From Tortispora ganteri (taxonomy: Eukaryota): DNA of 53,101 nucleotides. Shown here piece by piece: positions 1 through 10,634 of the stretch (its first letter is position 1; every line of letters begins with the position of its first letter). The notes beneath the pieces were generated by a model. It made no database searches. It had not been told where the DNA came from and saw nothing but the letters and a program-made list of their open reading frames with translations. The DNA lies in contig PPNB01000039.1 of NCBI GenBank assembly GCA_003707115.1, positions 1 to 53,101 on the forward strand. Direction: 5' to 3'. The translations under genes were made by a program, and so were the position numbers.

Positions 1-186
1 TTTTTTTTTTTTCAGTTGCCAATCACTTTTTTTCTTTCTTTTCTTTTTATTTTTCTTTCATAATTTTTTATTTTCTTTTCATAATCGTTAATGAGATTAC
101 TTCTTTTTAAAAATTATTGGTGTCAGTAGCTGCAGCCCTTGTAGACGGATGAAAATAGAGTTTGAGAATGCTGTTGTATATATATG

Positions 187-2040
187 CTAATTAGTGATGA
201 GAGGCTCTAAGAAAGGCAGGTTTAACAGCTCCTCAGCATCTGGACGCTTTGTATGGTCAGAAGCAAACGATAGTTCAAGAAAGGTTTGTGCTTCGGGCGA
301 TATGTCTTCAGGTAAGGCGGGTGACGATGACTGGCCGATCTTGAACAATGCCTGCATCTGCGTGAACTCCGGGAACGGGTGCGTTCCTGTAAACATTTCT
401 ACTACAAGGCACCCAAGTGACCATATATCTGCTTTCTTCGTGTAGCGGGTCTGACGCACGACCTCAGGTGCCATCCAGTAGACGGATCCCTGTAACGATG
501 CACGATTTCTGGTCGTAGAGAGTAGGTCTTTGTCCATTCTTTTCGAAATACCGAAATCGCCAATCTTAACGCCGCCTTTGTTATCAACAAGTATATTTGC
601 GCCTTTTATATCACGGTGAATGATATCACGATTATGCAGGTACGCGAGCCCTAAAAGGATCTGTCGAACGAAATTGCGCACCAAGGGTTCTTCGAATGCT
701 CCGTAGTTATTCAGCAGTAAGGCCACAGATCCGCCAGGCACATATTCAAGGAATATATTAAACACATTCTGGTCCCATGTCGATCCATGGTATTTGACAA
801 TGTTTTCGTGGTCAAGGTCGCGGAGGAGCTCAATCTCGCGGCGGAGCGAGTCAAGCATGTTCTGCCTCCGTTTCTCGCCCTGGACAGATCCAGAGGGTAC
901 TTCTACCTGCTTGACGGCCATAAGAGCACCAGTATTGACGTTCATACCGAGTACAACGGTGCCAAAAGATCCCGAGCCAATAACGCTGCCCTTAATCCAA
1001 CGCAGAGAGGAAGAAGAGTCAGCACTGTCTTCTGCGCCGTCGTCAGGGAATTCTTCGTCAACAAGGTCCAGTGCGCTGATATCACCTTCGAGGCTAAGTG
1101 AAAGTCTATTTATGAGTGTGCTGAATGAGTTGCGGTCGGCTGACTGCGTATCAGGAGGCATATCTGAAGGCGCGTCTGGGATCGCAGGCAACGCAGTTGC
1201 GGTAGCTGCTGAGAAACGTTTGCTGCTAATAACTGAGAGTGGTCTAGAGGCGGCATTGAACCAGTTATCACCGACAGTAGGGTTCGGGCTGGAGAGGAAG
1301 TAGGATGAACCAGGCCCAGCTGTGCTGTCCATAGACGCTCTGCTCATTCGAGAGAGACGAACTGATCGACGAACGGAGTTGATAACTGTGCGTTCAAGAA
1401 CTTTTCTGTTCTGTTCAGGAAAATACTCGCCAAGATTAGAAGATATGAGCTCTGAGGGTGGTCTTTGACCAAAGAATTTACGGATCCCGGTGACAGAAGA
1501 TGAAGAAGAGGAGGAATGTTTGCGTCTGGTAGTGGATTTTGATCGGACCACGGCGTACTGTTTTTCTGTAGGAATGAGGTCAGCAAGACATATTATAAGA
1601 GAGTCACGTTCTTTACGATTAGAATCGTGACAGATAGCGACTAGTTCATGATCGGCGATCATTCTAGGCCCTTGTGTCGATAAGACAAAAACAGAATACA
1701 TATCTGGTTGCTCATGAATGTTATTAGCACGTAAAGCACGTTTTTTAATTGATAATGCATCAAAACAGCCATCAATATCAACATCAACATGACGACCATC
1801 AGGAAATATAAATCCAGCATTCGCAGACCTTCGTTGTGATTCTACAAGTTGTGCTAATGCAGAAATCAGCCGTGCACGGTCTTTCACAGACACTACACCT
1901 ATTTCTTTCAATAGTGCAAGGTTAAGCTGCGCCAAATGCCTACCAGCTACCTTATGTGTCTTGAACTCATCAATATATCCATAATTTTGCGTCCGCAGCC
2001 AATCAGTGACGTCGTCATTAGTCCAAGAATCGAGCTTCAT
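187..2040 (-). CDS. STE11: MAP kinase kinase kinase Ste11 (SAM, Ras-association and kinase domains)
   Basis: N-terminal SAM domain (WTNDDVTDWL), FFGQRPPSELISSNLGEYFP signature, kinase motifs GSGSFG, AVKQV, HRDIKGAN, DFG, GSVYWMAPE. Start placed at the ATG at 2040 (MKLDSW). Confidence 0.95.
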   Translation of the reverse strand: MKLDSWTNDDVTDWLRTQNYGYIDEFKTHKVAGRHLAQLNLALLKEIGVVSVKDRARLISALAQLVESQRRSANAGFIFPDGRHVDVDIDGCFDALSIKKRALRANNIHEQPDMYSVFVLSTQGPRMIADHELVAICHDSNRKERDSLIICLADLIPTEKQYAVVRSKSTTRRKHSSSSSSSVTGIRKFFGQRPPSELISSNLGEYFPEQNRKVLERTVINSVRRSVRLSRMSRASMDSTAGPGSSYFLSSPNPTVGDNWFNAASRPLSVISSKRFSAATATALPAIPDAPSDMPPDTQSADRNSFSTLINRLSLSLEGDISALDLVDEEFPDDGAEDSADSSSSLRWIKGSVIGSGSFGTVVLGMNVNTGALMAVKQVEVPSGSVQGEKRRQNMLDSLRREIELLRDLDHENIVKYHGSTWDQNVFNIFLEYVPGGSVALLLNNYGAFEEPLVRNFVRQILLGLAYLHNRDIIHRDIKGANILVDNKGGVKIGDFGISKRMDKDLLSTTRNRASLQGSVYWMAPEVVRQTRYTKKADIWSLGCLVVEMFTGTHPFPEFTQMQALFKIGQSSSPALPEDISPEAQTFLELSFASDHTKRPDAEELLNLPFLEPLITN

Positions 2041-2158
2041 GATTCCAGCTTGCGTCAATAGAGAGAAATGGGTTTCTCCCACCATCTGCATAAATCCCCA
2101 CGGGGGGCCCACCTGGATCCTTTTTTTTTAATCCACTATTCACTACCAATATTACAAA

Positions 2159-4915
2159 ATGGACTTGTTCACCATCGAACATGTCGCCCTCCAATTCGAT
2201 ATTACAAACCTTCTTCAATTACTTGTCGCTTCGAACATTCTTTGCATGGTATTTCCATCAAAAATTCTCTACATCGATCTTGATCAGCCTCAAACTGTAA
2301 ACCAGATCCATATAAAGGACACAATCCGCCGCGCTTTCCTTGACGTCTCCGGCTGCCATCTCCTGGTTGTCGCCGAATCAGAAACCTACTACATTCACCT
2401 TTCTGATCCGGCTCGTACTCCACGCCCACTTGCCCGTCTTGCTACCCTTGACGTTACTGCTGTCGCATGGAACCCCTTCGCACCTACTGACTCTACCCAC
2501 GAAATTCTCGTTGGAACTGCCAGTGGCGATATCTACGAAACATATATATCAAGCTCACCGGACTACTTCAAAAAAGAAGACCGCTATCTTCGCCATGTGT
2601 TTTCTGCGCCTAATACCGCTGCAAACCCTGCCATTGTCGGTCTCGTCGCTCAAATATCTAACTCTGACTCCTGGAATGCTACTGTCATCGCTTATACTGC
2701 AACATCTATCTACTGCTGGAAGGGACCAGTTCCTAAAGGTAGAATGGAAAATCTTTATGCCTCAATTGCTGAAGGAAACCAGAAACTAATCACCCTATCC
2801 TACCAAGCTCCATATACTCCTTTCTATTCAACAAACATCTCTCCAATAGATCATCACTCCTACTTTGCATACGCTCACGACAAGTCCATCACATATGGAC
2901 CGCTAGACCCTTCACCAAACGGTCAGATATTCCTATCGACGAAATCCCTCCAACACCGCTCGCTCGCCTCTAAAGCACCTTATTCCTCAGCTATCCTTAC
3001 ACAGTACCATCTCATAGCACTTTCAAACAACTCCATAACCGCTACAAATCTCCTCAATGGCCAAACTGTCTACTCGCAAACTTTCCCTGATTCTTCTGAT
3101 CCCATCATTGGAATGTGCGCTGACCAGCGTTCCGGTACTTTCTGGTTCTATTCTGCCCAGAATATATACGAACTCGTTGCATCGAACGAAGATCGCGACA
3201 TATGGCGGGTCTTGCTCGACATGGACAAATTCGATTCTGCGCTTGATTTAGTTGAACAAAAACCTCCAGCAGAAAAAGACGAGGCCGTCGTCGCAATAGG
3301 CGAGAAAATGCTCGCCCGCAAGCTTTATTTGCAAGTCGCCGCTTTGCTTGGCAAATCTTCTAAGCGACTAGCCGAAGTTGCCTCTACTTTCATAGAAAAT
3401 CAACAGTATGATCCTCTAGCTGAGTATCTACATGCTAAAATGTCGACATTCAGTAAGTCTGCAGTGTCGCAACGAATAATTCTTGCAACATGGATCATGG
3501 AACTCTACATAGAACGACTGAACCGTCTCGAAGAACTTTCTTCTAGTACAGATGTACCTGCCAGCTTCAAGTCCGACTCTACAGATACTGACGCTGCCAC
3601 GTACTCTACTCTTTTGGCAGAAACAAGAAAAGAATTTTTCTCTTTCTTGATAGAGAATAAGCCAGTCATCGATAAGCAAACTTCGTACCAACTTCTGGCC
3701 GTTCACGGCCGGCAAGACGAACTTCTGGAATGCGCAAATATCTTCGAAGACCATGACTACATTATTTCCCATTGGGTGCGATTAGGAAACTGGGATAACG
3801 CTTTATCTGTTTTACTGAAACAAGAGGACATGTCTATCATCTACAGATTTGCTACAGTGCTGCTATCCAATGCACCGGAAAAGACGGTGGCTCTCTGGAT
3901 GCGATTTCCTGAACTTGACCCCAGTAGACTCTTGCCGGCTATTATGACGTTGCAAGGTGCTTCAACTATCCCAGTGAACGCTCGAAAACAAGCAATTCGC
4001 TATTTACGTCATGTGACCGAAACTCTTCATAGTACGAGCACAGAGATACACAATGTCCTACTTGGTATGTATGCCTCCGTCGAAGAGGACAATGAGGATG
4101 CACTCCTTGAATACCTTGAATCTCAAGGTAGAGAACCTCATTACGACCCGAATTTCGGTCTGCAGATTACGCTGAAATACCAAAGAATCAAATCATGTGC
4201 CTATATTTACACGTTTCTCGACAAATATGAAGAAGCAGTGGATCTTGCATTGTCACACAATAATCTGGATGTTGCCATTATATCTGCTGAACGTCAGACG
4301 GAAGACTCAGAGCGGAAAAAGCGTACTTGGCTGAAGATTGTGCAGTACATAATTGAGCAGTCGAAGGAATCTGGAAGTGGGATCTCAAAAGTTCTCGCGC
4401 TGATGCACGAATACCAGAGTTTCACGATCGCAGAGTTGCTGCCGCTGATTCCTGGCTGGATCGACATTCGAGAATTCAAGGACGATATTTGCGAGTCTCT
4501 AGAGAAATACAACAAGGAAGTAGAACAGCTTAAATCTGAGATTGAAGAAGTCACTATCAGCGAGAAGCGGGCTATTGATAGTCTGAACGAGCTGTCACAA
4601 CGATACGTGATTGTGGAACCTGGAGAGAGCTGCAGATTATGCCGGTACCCATTGCTATCTGAACAATTCTATGTGTTCCCCTGCCAGCATGCGTTTCACG
4701 TTACGTGCTTGATTGAGCAAGCGATGGACCGGTCCAGTAAAGCGATGCAGCGCAAACTGCAAAGTCTGAGAGTAGAATATCTTCGAGGAAACGAGTCAGA
4801 AGCGCTGGACGCACTAATAGCCTCGGAGTGTGTTCTATGTGGAGACGCCATTATTGACACCATTGACATGCCTTTCTGCACGGAACAAGAAACGAGACAT
4901 TGGGCTATAGCTTAA
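2159..4915 (+). CDS. PEP3: HOPS/CORVET subunit Pep3/Vps18
   Basis: 918 aa with N-terminal beta-propeller-like region, solenoid (LATWIMELY) and C-terminal RING-H2 CRLC..FYVFPCQHAFH..C..CVLC. Confidence 0.93.
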   Translation: MDLFTIEHVALQFDITNLLQLLVASNILCMVFPSKILYIDLDQPQTVNQIHIKDTIRRAFLDVSGCHLLVVAESETYYIHLSDPARTPRPLARLATLDVTAVAWNPFAPTDSTHEILVGTASGDIYETYISSSPDYFKKEDRYLRHVFSAPNTAANPAIVGLVAQISNSDSWNATVIAYTATSIYCWKGPVPKGRMENLYASIAEGNQKLITLSYQAPYTPFYSTNISPIDHHSYFAYAHDKSITYGPLDPSPNGQIFLSTKSLQHRSLASKAPYSSAILTQYHLIALSNNSITATNLLNGQTVYSQTFPDSSDPIIGMCADQRSGTFWFYSAQNIYELVASNEDRDIWRVLLDMDKFDSALDLVEQKPPAEKDEAVVAIGEKMLARKLYLQVAALLGKSSKRLAEVASTFIENQQYDPLAEYLHAKMSTFSKSAVSQRIILATWIMELYIERLNRLEELSSSTDVPASFKSDSTDTDAATYSTLLAETRKEFFSFLIENKPVIDKQTSYQLLAVHGRQDELLECANIFEDHDYIISHWVRLGNWDNALSVLLKQEDMSIIYRFATVLLSNAPEKTVALWMRFPELDPSRLLPAIMTLQGASTIPVNARKQAIRYLRHVTETLHSTSTEIHNVLLGMYASVEEDNEDALLEYLESQGREPHYDPNFGLQITLKYQRIKSCAYIYTFLDKYEEAVDLALSHNNLDVAIISAERQTEDSERKKRTWLKIVQYIIEQSKESGSGISKVLALMHEYQSFTIAELLPLIPGWIDIREFKDDICESLEKYNKEVEQLKSEIEEVTISEKRAIDSLNELSQRYVIVEPGESCRLCRYPLLSEQFYVFPCQHAFHVTCLIEQAMDRSSKAMQRKLQSLRVEYLRGNESEALDALIASECVLCGDAIIDTIDMPFCTEQETRHWAIA

Positions 4916-5504
4916 AATTTGCCGATATTTCCTGTGCCGATCCTTCTTTTCTTACCGCGGAAGAATGAATACTGAATTTTCGACTCAAGCAAGTTTATAG
5001 CTTAGCCTTTTTTGTTTTTTTATTGCACCCACAACCTTATTCCTAAGATGACTCAAATATCTAGACGTTCCATACCAAAAGCTTGACTTTTGCTTGTGTA
5101 TATACTACAATAACGTCTTTTTATAGACAAATAATAATTGGACTACCTAAACCTGCCACAAGTTTAGGTATATATTCCTGAAAGAACAACATTCCATAAA
5201 CAATGCGTAGATTAAAATAAAAAATTAAAGTAAAAATAAAAAGCTTCGCGGGAATGTTGGTAATGAATACCCTAACCTTTATCAGATTAACCTTAATTTC
5301 CCCTGAACCTTACATATAAGCGGGTTATATATAATCTAAAGGACTACTATACAGTTTCGGAAGCAACATTGCTTTTGCATTCTTGTGTGGGTGCGCAGTC
5401 GATTCTGACAGCTGTAATTGCGGTTTGGATTTTGCTGCGATTACTAAGGCAAAGACACGGGATTCCAGCTTTGTTATTGAAGTTGTGGCGGAAACAAAGG
5501 CGTT

Positions 5505-7202
5505 ATGCTCGCGATATTGCCCTTAGAGGTATTGGAGCTGATAGCCGAGTATTGTCAGCAGGCGGACGCGTTCCGGCTTGCTTTGACATGTAGAAGGCTT
5601 GCTCGTGCGTCGATACCACGACTGTATAAGACAATTGTCATTGATTCTAGGGAGAGTTACATTGACAGCGCTGAAATTGGTCATATCACATCCAAGGTCA
5701 CTGATAAGACAATCGAATGTAGCGGACCGGAAACGCTGCATTCTCTTAAAACTGTGGTACGAAACTCACTTGCGCTTAAAAAATGCGTCAGGACGCTTAA
5801 AAATATTGAAAATGGTTCGCATGCCCTTGTTAAACACTTGGAATGTTACAAACTGCCAGATATGACATCACACGAGTTTAAACATTACATGTCGGCAATG
5901 ATACCCCTACTACCTAAACTGCAGTCATTAGTATGGAAATGTTCTCCGCAAGTATCATTGCCGCTTATGGTTACGTGTAATATTGGTCAGTGTATGAATT
6001 CGCTGACTACTATATCTTTAGAGATTCCCGAATCGCTCGAGGTGTGTTTGACAGCTATGGCATCCAGACTGGATTTCCCCAATTTGCTGCATTTCGAGTT
6101 GCGGTCCTTCACCAACCCGGAAAATTTGTCAATAATTGGCCAGCTGCTCGCACGCTCACCTAAACTCACTACACTGAACTTGGGGCGCGATATGGTTGTC
6201 AGCCGCGGCCTCTGTTTTGGTAACATGACGTCGTCAACCCGGATACATGACCACGAATCACAGCGTAAAGGCGCACTAGAGAACTTCATTAATGCTTACC
6301 GCGATTCTGCTGCAGGTAGAAGATTGAGACTTTGTAAATTCGGCATAGATGGCTCCGTTGTCCACCCGAATGACGCAGAGAGGCTCATGGATATTCTCGT
6401 TCTTGAAGCACTCGAAAGCTTGTCGTTCGTCAACATATGTGAGCGTCCTGATAATCCAGACACTCTCGAAATACCACAAGGTGCGTCTTTTCTTGAAAAA
6501 ATGGCAGGAAAAACGCCCAACGTCACCTCTTTGCACATAGACTGGTCAGAGTCGGGTTTACGAGACACCGTTCCGGCATATATTGAGTCGTTCGCACAGC
6601 ACGGTCTAGAGTCTCTCAACGTCAAGATAAGATGGACAGAGTATCGTATTAGAGCCCAAAAAGACGAGGTACATGACACACAAAGCCAAGATACTGCAAT
6701 AACTGTGTCGTGGGAACAGACATGCAAAGCATATCTGGCAGCTATTGACGAGAATGCCTCGTCACTCAGAAAACTGTCTTTAGAGTCCGCCGAGGAGTCT
6801 CGATATGCCGACCGCGCCAAAATCATACCCGCTGATATACTAGCGTGTATTAAAAAATGTAGAAAACTCGAAGGGCTGCGCGTACTGCTCAAGGCAATGC
6901 TCCTTTCTGACCCGAGCATGCTAAAGGATTTATGCGCTCTTCACTACCTTGACCTCTTTTCGGACGGAGGACCATCTTTTCTCGGACAGGGCTCTTTTGT
7001 TGGCGACAAGCGACAGGACTGGCTCAGATACCGCCATTTCGTGTGCGATCTGCTCGACAACCAGCCCTCTTTGAGTTTCATCAAAATCGAAAGCGCCTAC
7101 CTCTTTGATCTGCGTTCTGGCGACACCTGGAGCGTCATAGGTGGCGCAGACAAATGGTTCGCCGACCAGGTCATCGATAGCTGGGACACTGTAACGACTT
7201 GA
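5505..7202 (+). CDS. F-box protein with LRR-like C-terminal region
   Basis: N-terminal F-box pattern LPLEVLELIAEYC...LALTCRRL...PRLY, followed by repeated LxxLxL motifs (LPKLQSLVW, LTTLNLG, LRKLSLE). Confidence 0.75.
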   Translation: MLAILPLEVLELIAEYCQQADAFRLALTCRRLARASIPRLYKTIVIDSRESYIDSAEIGHITSKVTDKTIECSGPETLHSLKTVVRNSLALKKCVRTLKNIENGSHALVKHLECYKLPDMTSHEFKHYMSAMIPLLPKLQSLVWKCSPQVSLPLMVTCNIGQCMNSLTTISLEIPESLEVCLTAMASRLDFPNLLHFELRSFTNPENLSIIGQLLARSPKLTTLNLGRDMVVSRGLCFGNMTSSTRIHDHESQRKGALENFINAYRDSAAGRRLRLCKFGIDGSVVHPNDAERLMDILVLEALESLSFVNICERPDNPDTLEIPQGASFLEKMAGKTPNVTSLHIDWSESGLRDTVPAYIESFAQHGLESLNVKIRWTEYRIRAQKDEVHDTQSQDTAITVSWEQTCKAYLAAIDENASSLRKLSLESAEESRYADRAKIIPADILACIKKCRKLEGLRVLLKAMLLSDPSMLKDLCALHYLDLFSDGGPSFLGQGSFVGDKRQDWLRYRHFVCDLLDNQPSLSFIKIESAYLFDLRSGDTWSVIGGADKWFADQVIDSWDTVTT

Positions 7203-7353
7203 ATGTGTACAGAGAAGTAAGTAAAACAAATAATTAAGCTAATAAATGGGAAATTGTTCATTGCAAACATCAAAGTACATCTCAGTACCTAAATCATTTG
7301 GCAATATCGTGCTCAGTGTCGTTCATTATCATTAAGTATCAACGCAACCGTGC

Positions 7354-9765
7354 CTATATACTGTTCTGTTCTTCAGAAGCTTCAGAAACGTCAATCTCTT
7401 CATGATCCTCCAATGATTCGGCCGGTTCTTCGCTTTCAGGGCTCAATGTCTCAGATAACGCAGCCTCAAAATCAGATGTATCCGACATGATATCGGCATC
7501 ATCCTCTATTATCGTGGAATAAACCTCAAAGCCCTCAGTCACAGTTGTTGGACTAGCAGTTTCGGAAGTGTCAGAGATTTCCGTTTCGGACGTCTCTAAT
7601 GTTGATTCCGTTTCACTTTCTGTGTGTTCTTCAGAACCCTTACTCTCGACATGCTCTTCAACAACATGAACCTCTCCATATGACTCAAATCTATCTTCAG
7701 GCTCAGGTATAGGCTCAGGCTCATCGGCATCAGTTTCACTATAGCCTTCATTTTCGTCAGTCTCTTCATCTTCATCTCGTTTATCTGGAGTTTGGTCGAC
7801 AACTATTTCTTCATACTCCACCGAGGCAAATTTTTGTGGAGTATCTATAGGTTCAAAATCTACCTTCTCTTCCTCGCTCGAACTGGATTCCGGAACTTCA
7901 CTAACGGTAACGGTAACAAACGAATTCATGGTGACAACTTCTGTAACTATACTAGTGGCAGTGGTAGTGTATACCACTGTATCAGCTATATTTTCGGTGC
8001 TCAGAACGGGTTTAAGCTGATCCAACTCCTTGAGAGCAGAACCTGCTACTTCATAGAGCTCTTTTAGTATAGTATCAACGACAACCGGAAGATCGTTGTT
8101 TTTTAGGGCAGCAAGTTCAATAGTTGATTTAGCATCAAAAACTTCCAGTTTGACTTCACGAAGACGTTGCCAATCTGCCCATTCGGCATCAGGATTTTGA
8201 GCAAGGGCCTTCGAGAAGTCACTCAAACCAATTTCTGCAATGTCGTTGAGAGTCTCTGTAGTCAGTTTTTTAATTTCAGCGATCCTAACGTCAAATTTCT
8301 CTAGATAGGATTTGCATATTGAATTCACACGTTGTCCTTCAGAGCGGATATCGGCGGCTATGGCTTTCGTACCGTCAAGTGCAATGTTTCTGTCGGTTGC
8401 AACTATTTCAGACAATTGAGCAATATCTCGCTGAACTCTGACGCGAAGTCTCGAGATGATTGGGGCAACATCATGCTGCAAATTCTGAACCAGGTGGTCA
8501 TGTAGCTTTTGCATTTCCGAGTGAAGAAAAGTATTTGCTTCTTCTATAGCTTCAGTAATCGCACTTGGCCAGTCAACATTGCTAGTAGCATGATTTACTA
8601 CTTCGTTAACAGTAAATGCAGATTGAGTACTAGGCTTAGATGATTGTACAGGTTCGGATGACGTAGTACTTAAAGACTTCGAGGAGGAGCTGTTAGCAGG
8701 TGACGAAACAGGTTTGGGTGCAGATTTAGGCGTGTACTCATTGACTGGTTGGCGCGAGGGTTTAAGAGCAGGTTCCTGTGCAGATGATGTAACAGAATTT
8801 TCAGAAAATTCTGGCATACTAGAGGACCGAGAGGAAGGAACTGATGCAGGTTGAGTTTGTGTATCTGTTGGTATTTCTCGATGTTGCGACGAATCTGTGG
8901 ACTCTGAAACAACGAGCAAAAGGTCAGAAGAATCTGTATACTCAGTATTTTCTGGGGCATCAGTAAGATCTATGGGTTCTGGAATGTCAATGGGGTCCAT
9001 TACCTGGGTACTGTATTCGGATTTCTGATCGCTAGTCAATTCAGTAGAGTGCCGAGCGTCTAGGACAGCCTGTCCAGACTCAGTAGGGGTTGGTGTAGGT
9101 TCGTTCTCTGAAGGAATGTCGATGCTTTCTTCTGTTAGAGACACAGTTTCTACAAAAGACTGTTCGACAGTAGACTGTTCGACAGAAGACTGTTCGACAT
9201 GATTTACGTGTTCGTAGACCCTTGAGACCTGGGGAGCGATGTCGTGGTCGTAGAGGCGACGGACATTATCGAGGACCATCGAGTTAATGAAAGCGAGCGA
9301 GGAGCGGTACCATTTATTAAGCAGAGTCAAAATACCATCATAGAGAATTTGGGCAGGTTCACGGATATAGAACTCGAACTTTTGGGCATAAACCTGTTTT
9401 GCCTGGTCAGAGACCATTTGACTGTACCTCATCTGACAATACTGGTAAGCATAGTCCGTGTATTTTTCAGCGTAGGTTGTAGCTTTATGGGCGTACAAAT
9501 ATATACTATCACCGGCAATGGAAGAGTAGGTGGAGACCTTTTGCACGTAAGGATCGATACGGCCAAGGTATGGCGCCAGTTTCTCCTTGTGCGGTTCAAT
9601 ATAGGGCCAGACATGAGGCTTGACATATGTTTCGTGGTACGAGGATATGTAAGATTCTGACTGAGCCAAATATTTGCATGCAGTCGATTCTGCGTTACGT
9701 GGACATTCGATTAACTTGAGAAACACGAGATAAACTAGCAGAAGTCTGATTATCCATCTAAACAT
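7354..9765 (-). CDS. SHE10-like secreted/membrane coiled-coil protein with acidic C-terminus (possible outer spore wall assembly)
   Basis: ATG at 9765 gives a hydrophobic N-terminus (MFRWIIRLLLVYLVFL) then C-P-x6-C, a YHETYVKPH helical region, a Ser/Thr linker, a coiled coil and an acidic tail. This architecture resembles She10; the assignment is from memory. Confidence 0.6.
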   Translation of the reverse strand: MFRWIIRLLLVYLVFLKLIECPRNAESTACKYLAQSESYISSYHETYVKPHVWPYIEPHKEKLAPYLGRIDPYVQKVSTYSSIAGDSIYLYAHKATTYAEKYTDYAYQYCQMRYSQMVSDQAKQVYAQKFEFYIREPAQILYDGILTLLNKWYRSSLAFINSMVLDNVRRLYDHDIAPQVSRVYEHVNHVEQSSVEQSTVEQSFVETVSLTEESIDIPSENEPTPTPTESGQAVLDARHSTELTSDQKSEYSTQVMDPIDIPEPIDLTDAPENTEYTDSSDLLLVVSESTDSSQHREIPTDTQTQPASVPSSRSSSMPEFSENSVTSSAQEPALKPSRQPVNEYTPKSAPKPVSSPANSSSSKSLSTTSSEPVQSSKPSTQSAFTVNEVVNHATSNVDWPSAITEAIEEANTFLHSEMQKLHDHLVQNLQHDVAPIISRLRVRVQRDIAQLSEIVATDRNIALDGTKAIAADIRSEGQRVNSICKSYLEKFDVRIAEIKKLTTETLNDIAEIGLSDFSKALAQNPDAEWADWQRLREVKLEVFDAKSTIELAALKNNDLPVVVDTILKELYEVAGSALKELDQLKPVLSTENIADTVVYTTTATSIVTEVVTMNSFVTVTVSEVPESSSSEEEKVDFEPIDTPQKFASVEYEEIVVDQTPDKRDEDEETDENEGYSETDADEPEPIPEPEDRFESYGEVHVVEEHVESKGSEEHTESETESTLETSETEISDTSETASPTTVTEGFEVYSTIIEDDADIMSDTSDFEAALSETLSPESEEPAESLEDHEEIDVSEASEEQNSI
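9153..9199 (-). repeat. 15-bp coding tandem repeat (VEQSS/VEQST/VEQSF)
   Basis: About three copies of agactgttcgaca at 15-bp spacing on the + strand. Confidence 0.75.
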
Positions 9766-10022
9766 AGTGTATTTGTTGTGGGTCGGTAAGATGTAAAGTT
9801 TGCAGTCGAAAGGACTGTCGTGGTTAGAGGGTTTAAAGTTGTAGACTTTGAAAGAATTAGTTTTTTCAAAATAAATAGATTGCATAATATTAAAGTAGTA
9901 AAAACTGAATGGCGATGTGGATCAATTAAAATAGTACTGTTAATGATGTTTATAGAGCCATTGAGTCAGTTATCGGTGTTTGCCACTGCGGAGTCGGCTT
10001 TAATAGATGTAAATGTATAAAA

Positions 10023-10394
10023 TCAGTGACGTTTCTTCTTTTTCTTCTTATCGAGCTTTCTCTTCTTATCGTTCATTGCTTTATTAGCAAAATGGATATG
10101 AATTGGGTCAATATCCGAGCAATCTGAGTGGTAGTTGACGCTAGCAGTAGCAGTAGCAGCAGCGCCGCCGCTGCATACAGCAGCCATCTTACTGGTTAAA
10201 ACAGCTGATTCTATATTAATAATATCAAACCCTTCATCTGGAGTGATAGTTACACGTACAGGATCAATTTCCCCAATAACACCGATCTCTTCTACCACGT
10301 GCTGCTCTATACCTCTGCTATCGCATATTTCCTGTTTACTAAGCTCATTGCTTTTTCTCCAGGACAATCCAAACAAATACAATAACGATGACAT
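10023..10394 (-). CDS. Hypothetical 123-aa orphan protein with Lys-rich C-terminus
   Basis: ATG-initiated ORF in its own intergenic slot, (TA)8 about 130 bp upstream, ends in KKRKLDKKKKKKRH. No recognisable domain. Confidence 0.4.
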   Translation of the reverse strand: MSSLLYLFGLSWRKSNELSKQEICDSRGIEQHVVEEIGVIGEIDPVRVTITPDEGFDIINIESAVLTSKMAAVCSGGAAATATASVNYHSDCSDIDPIHIHFANKAMNDKKRKLDKKKKKKRH

Positions 10395-10520
10395 ATTATG
10401 TTAAATTTATTTCAAAATCTGGTCTTAGTTTGTACTACTTTGTCCTTGTCCCTGCTTTGCGTAAAAGCAGATTACAAGGTACAAGTAAACAATACCCCTC
10501 AACGACTTGGTCTAAGTACA

Positions 10521-10536
10521 TATATATATATATATA
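10521..10536. repeat. (TA)8 microsatellite, possibly TATA or 3'-end efficiency element
   Basis: tatatatatatatata, lying downstream of the SST2-like stop and upstream of the orphan ORF. Confidence 0.8.
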
Positions 10537-10634
10537 CAATCCTATAATCTTAGTACACGCTTATTAAACGTGTTTTGGGACCTCTACACTACTCTTGATT
10601 GGCTGATCGTATAATTAATAAAACTTTATTTCTA

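Noticed and set aside
7208..7222. ACAGAGAAG resembling the U6 snRNA ACAGAGA box
   Set aside because: It continues TAAGT rather than ATTAGC, no other U6 elements are present, and it is just 3' of a stop codon.
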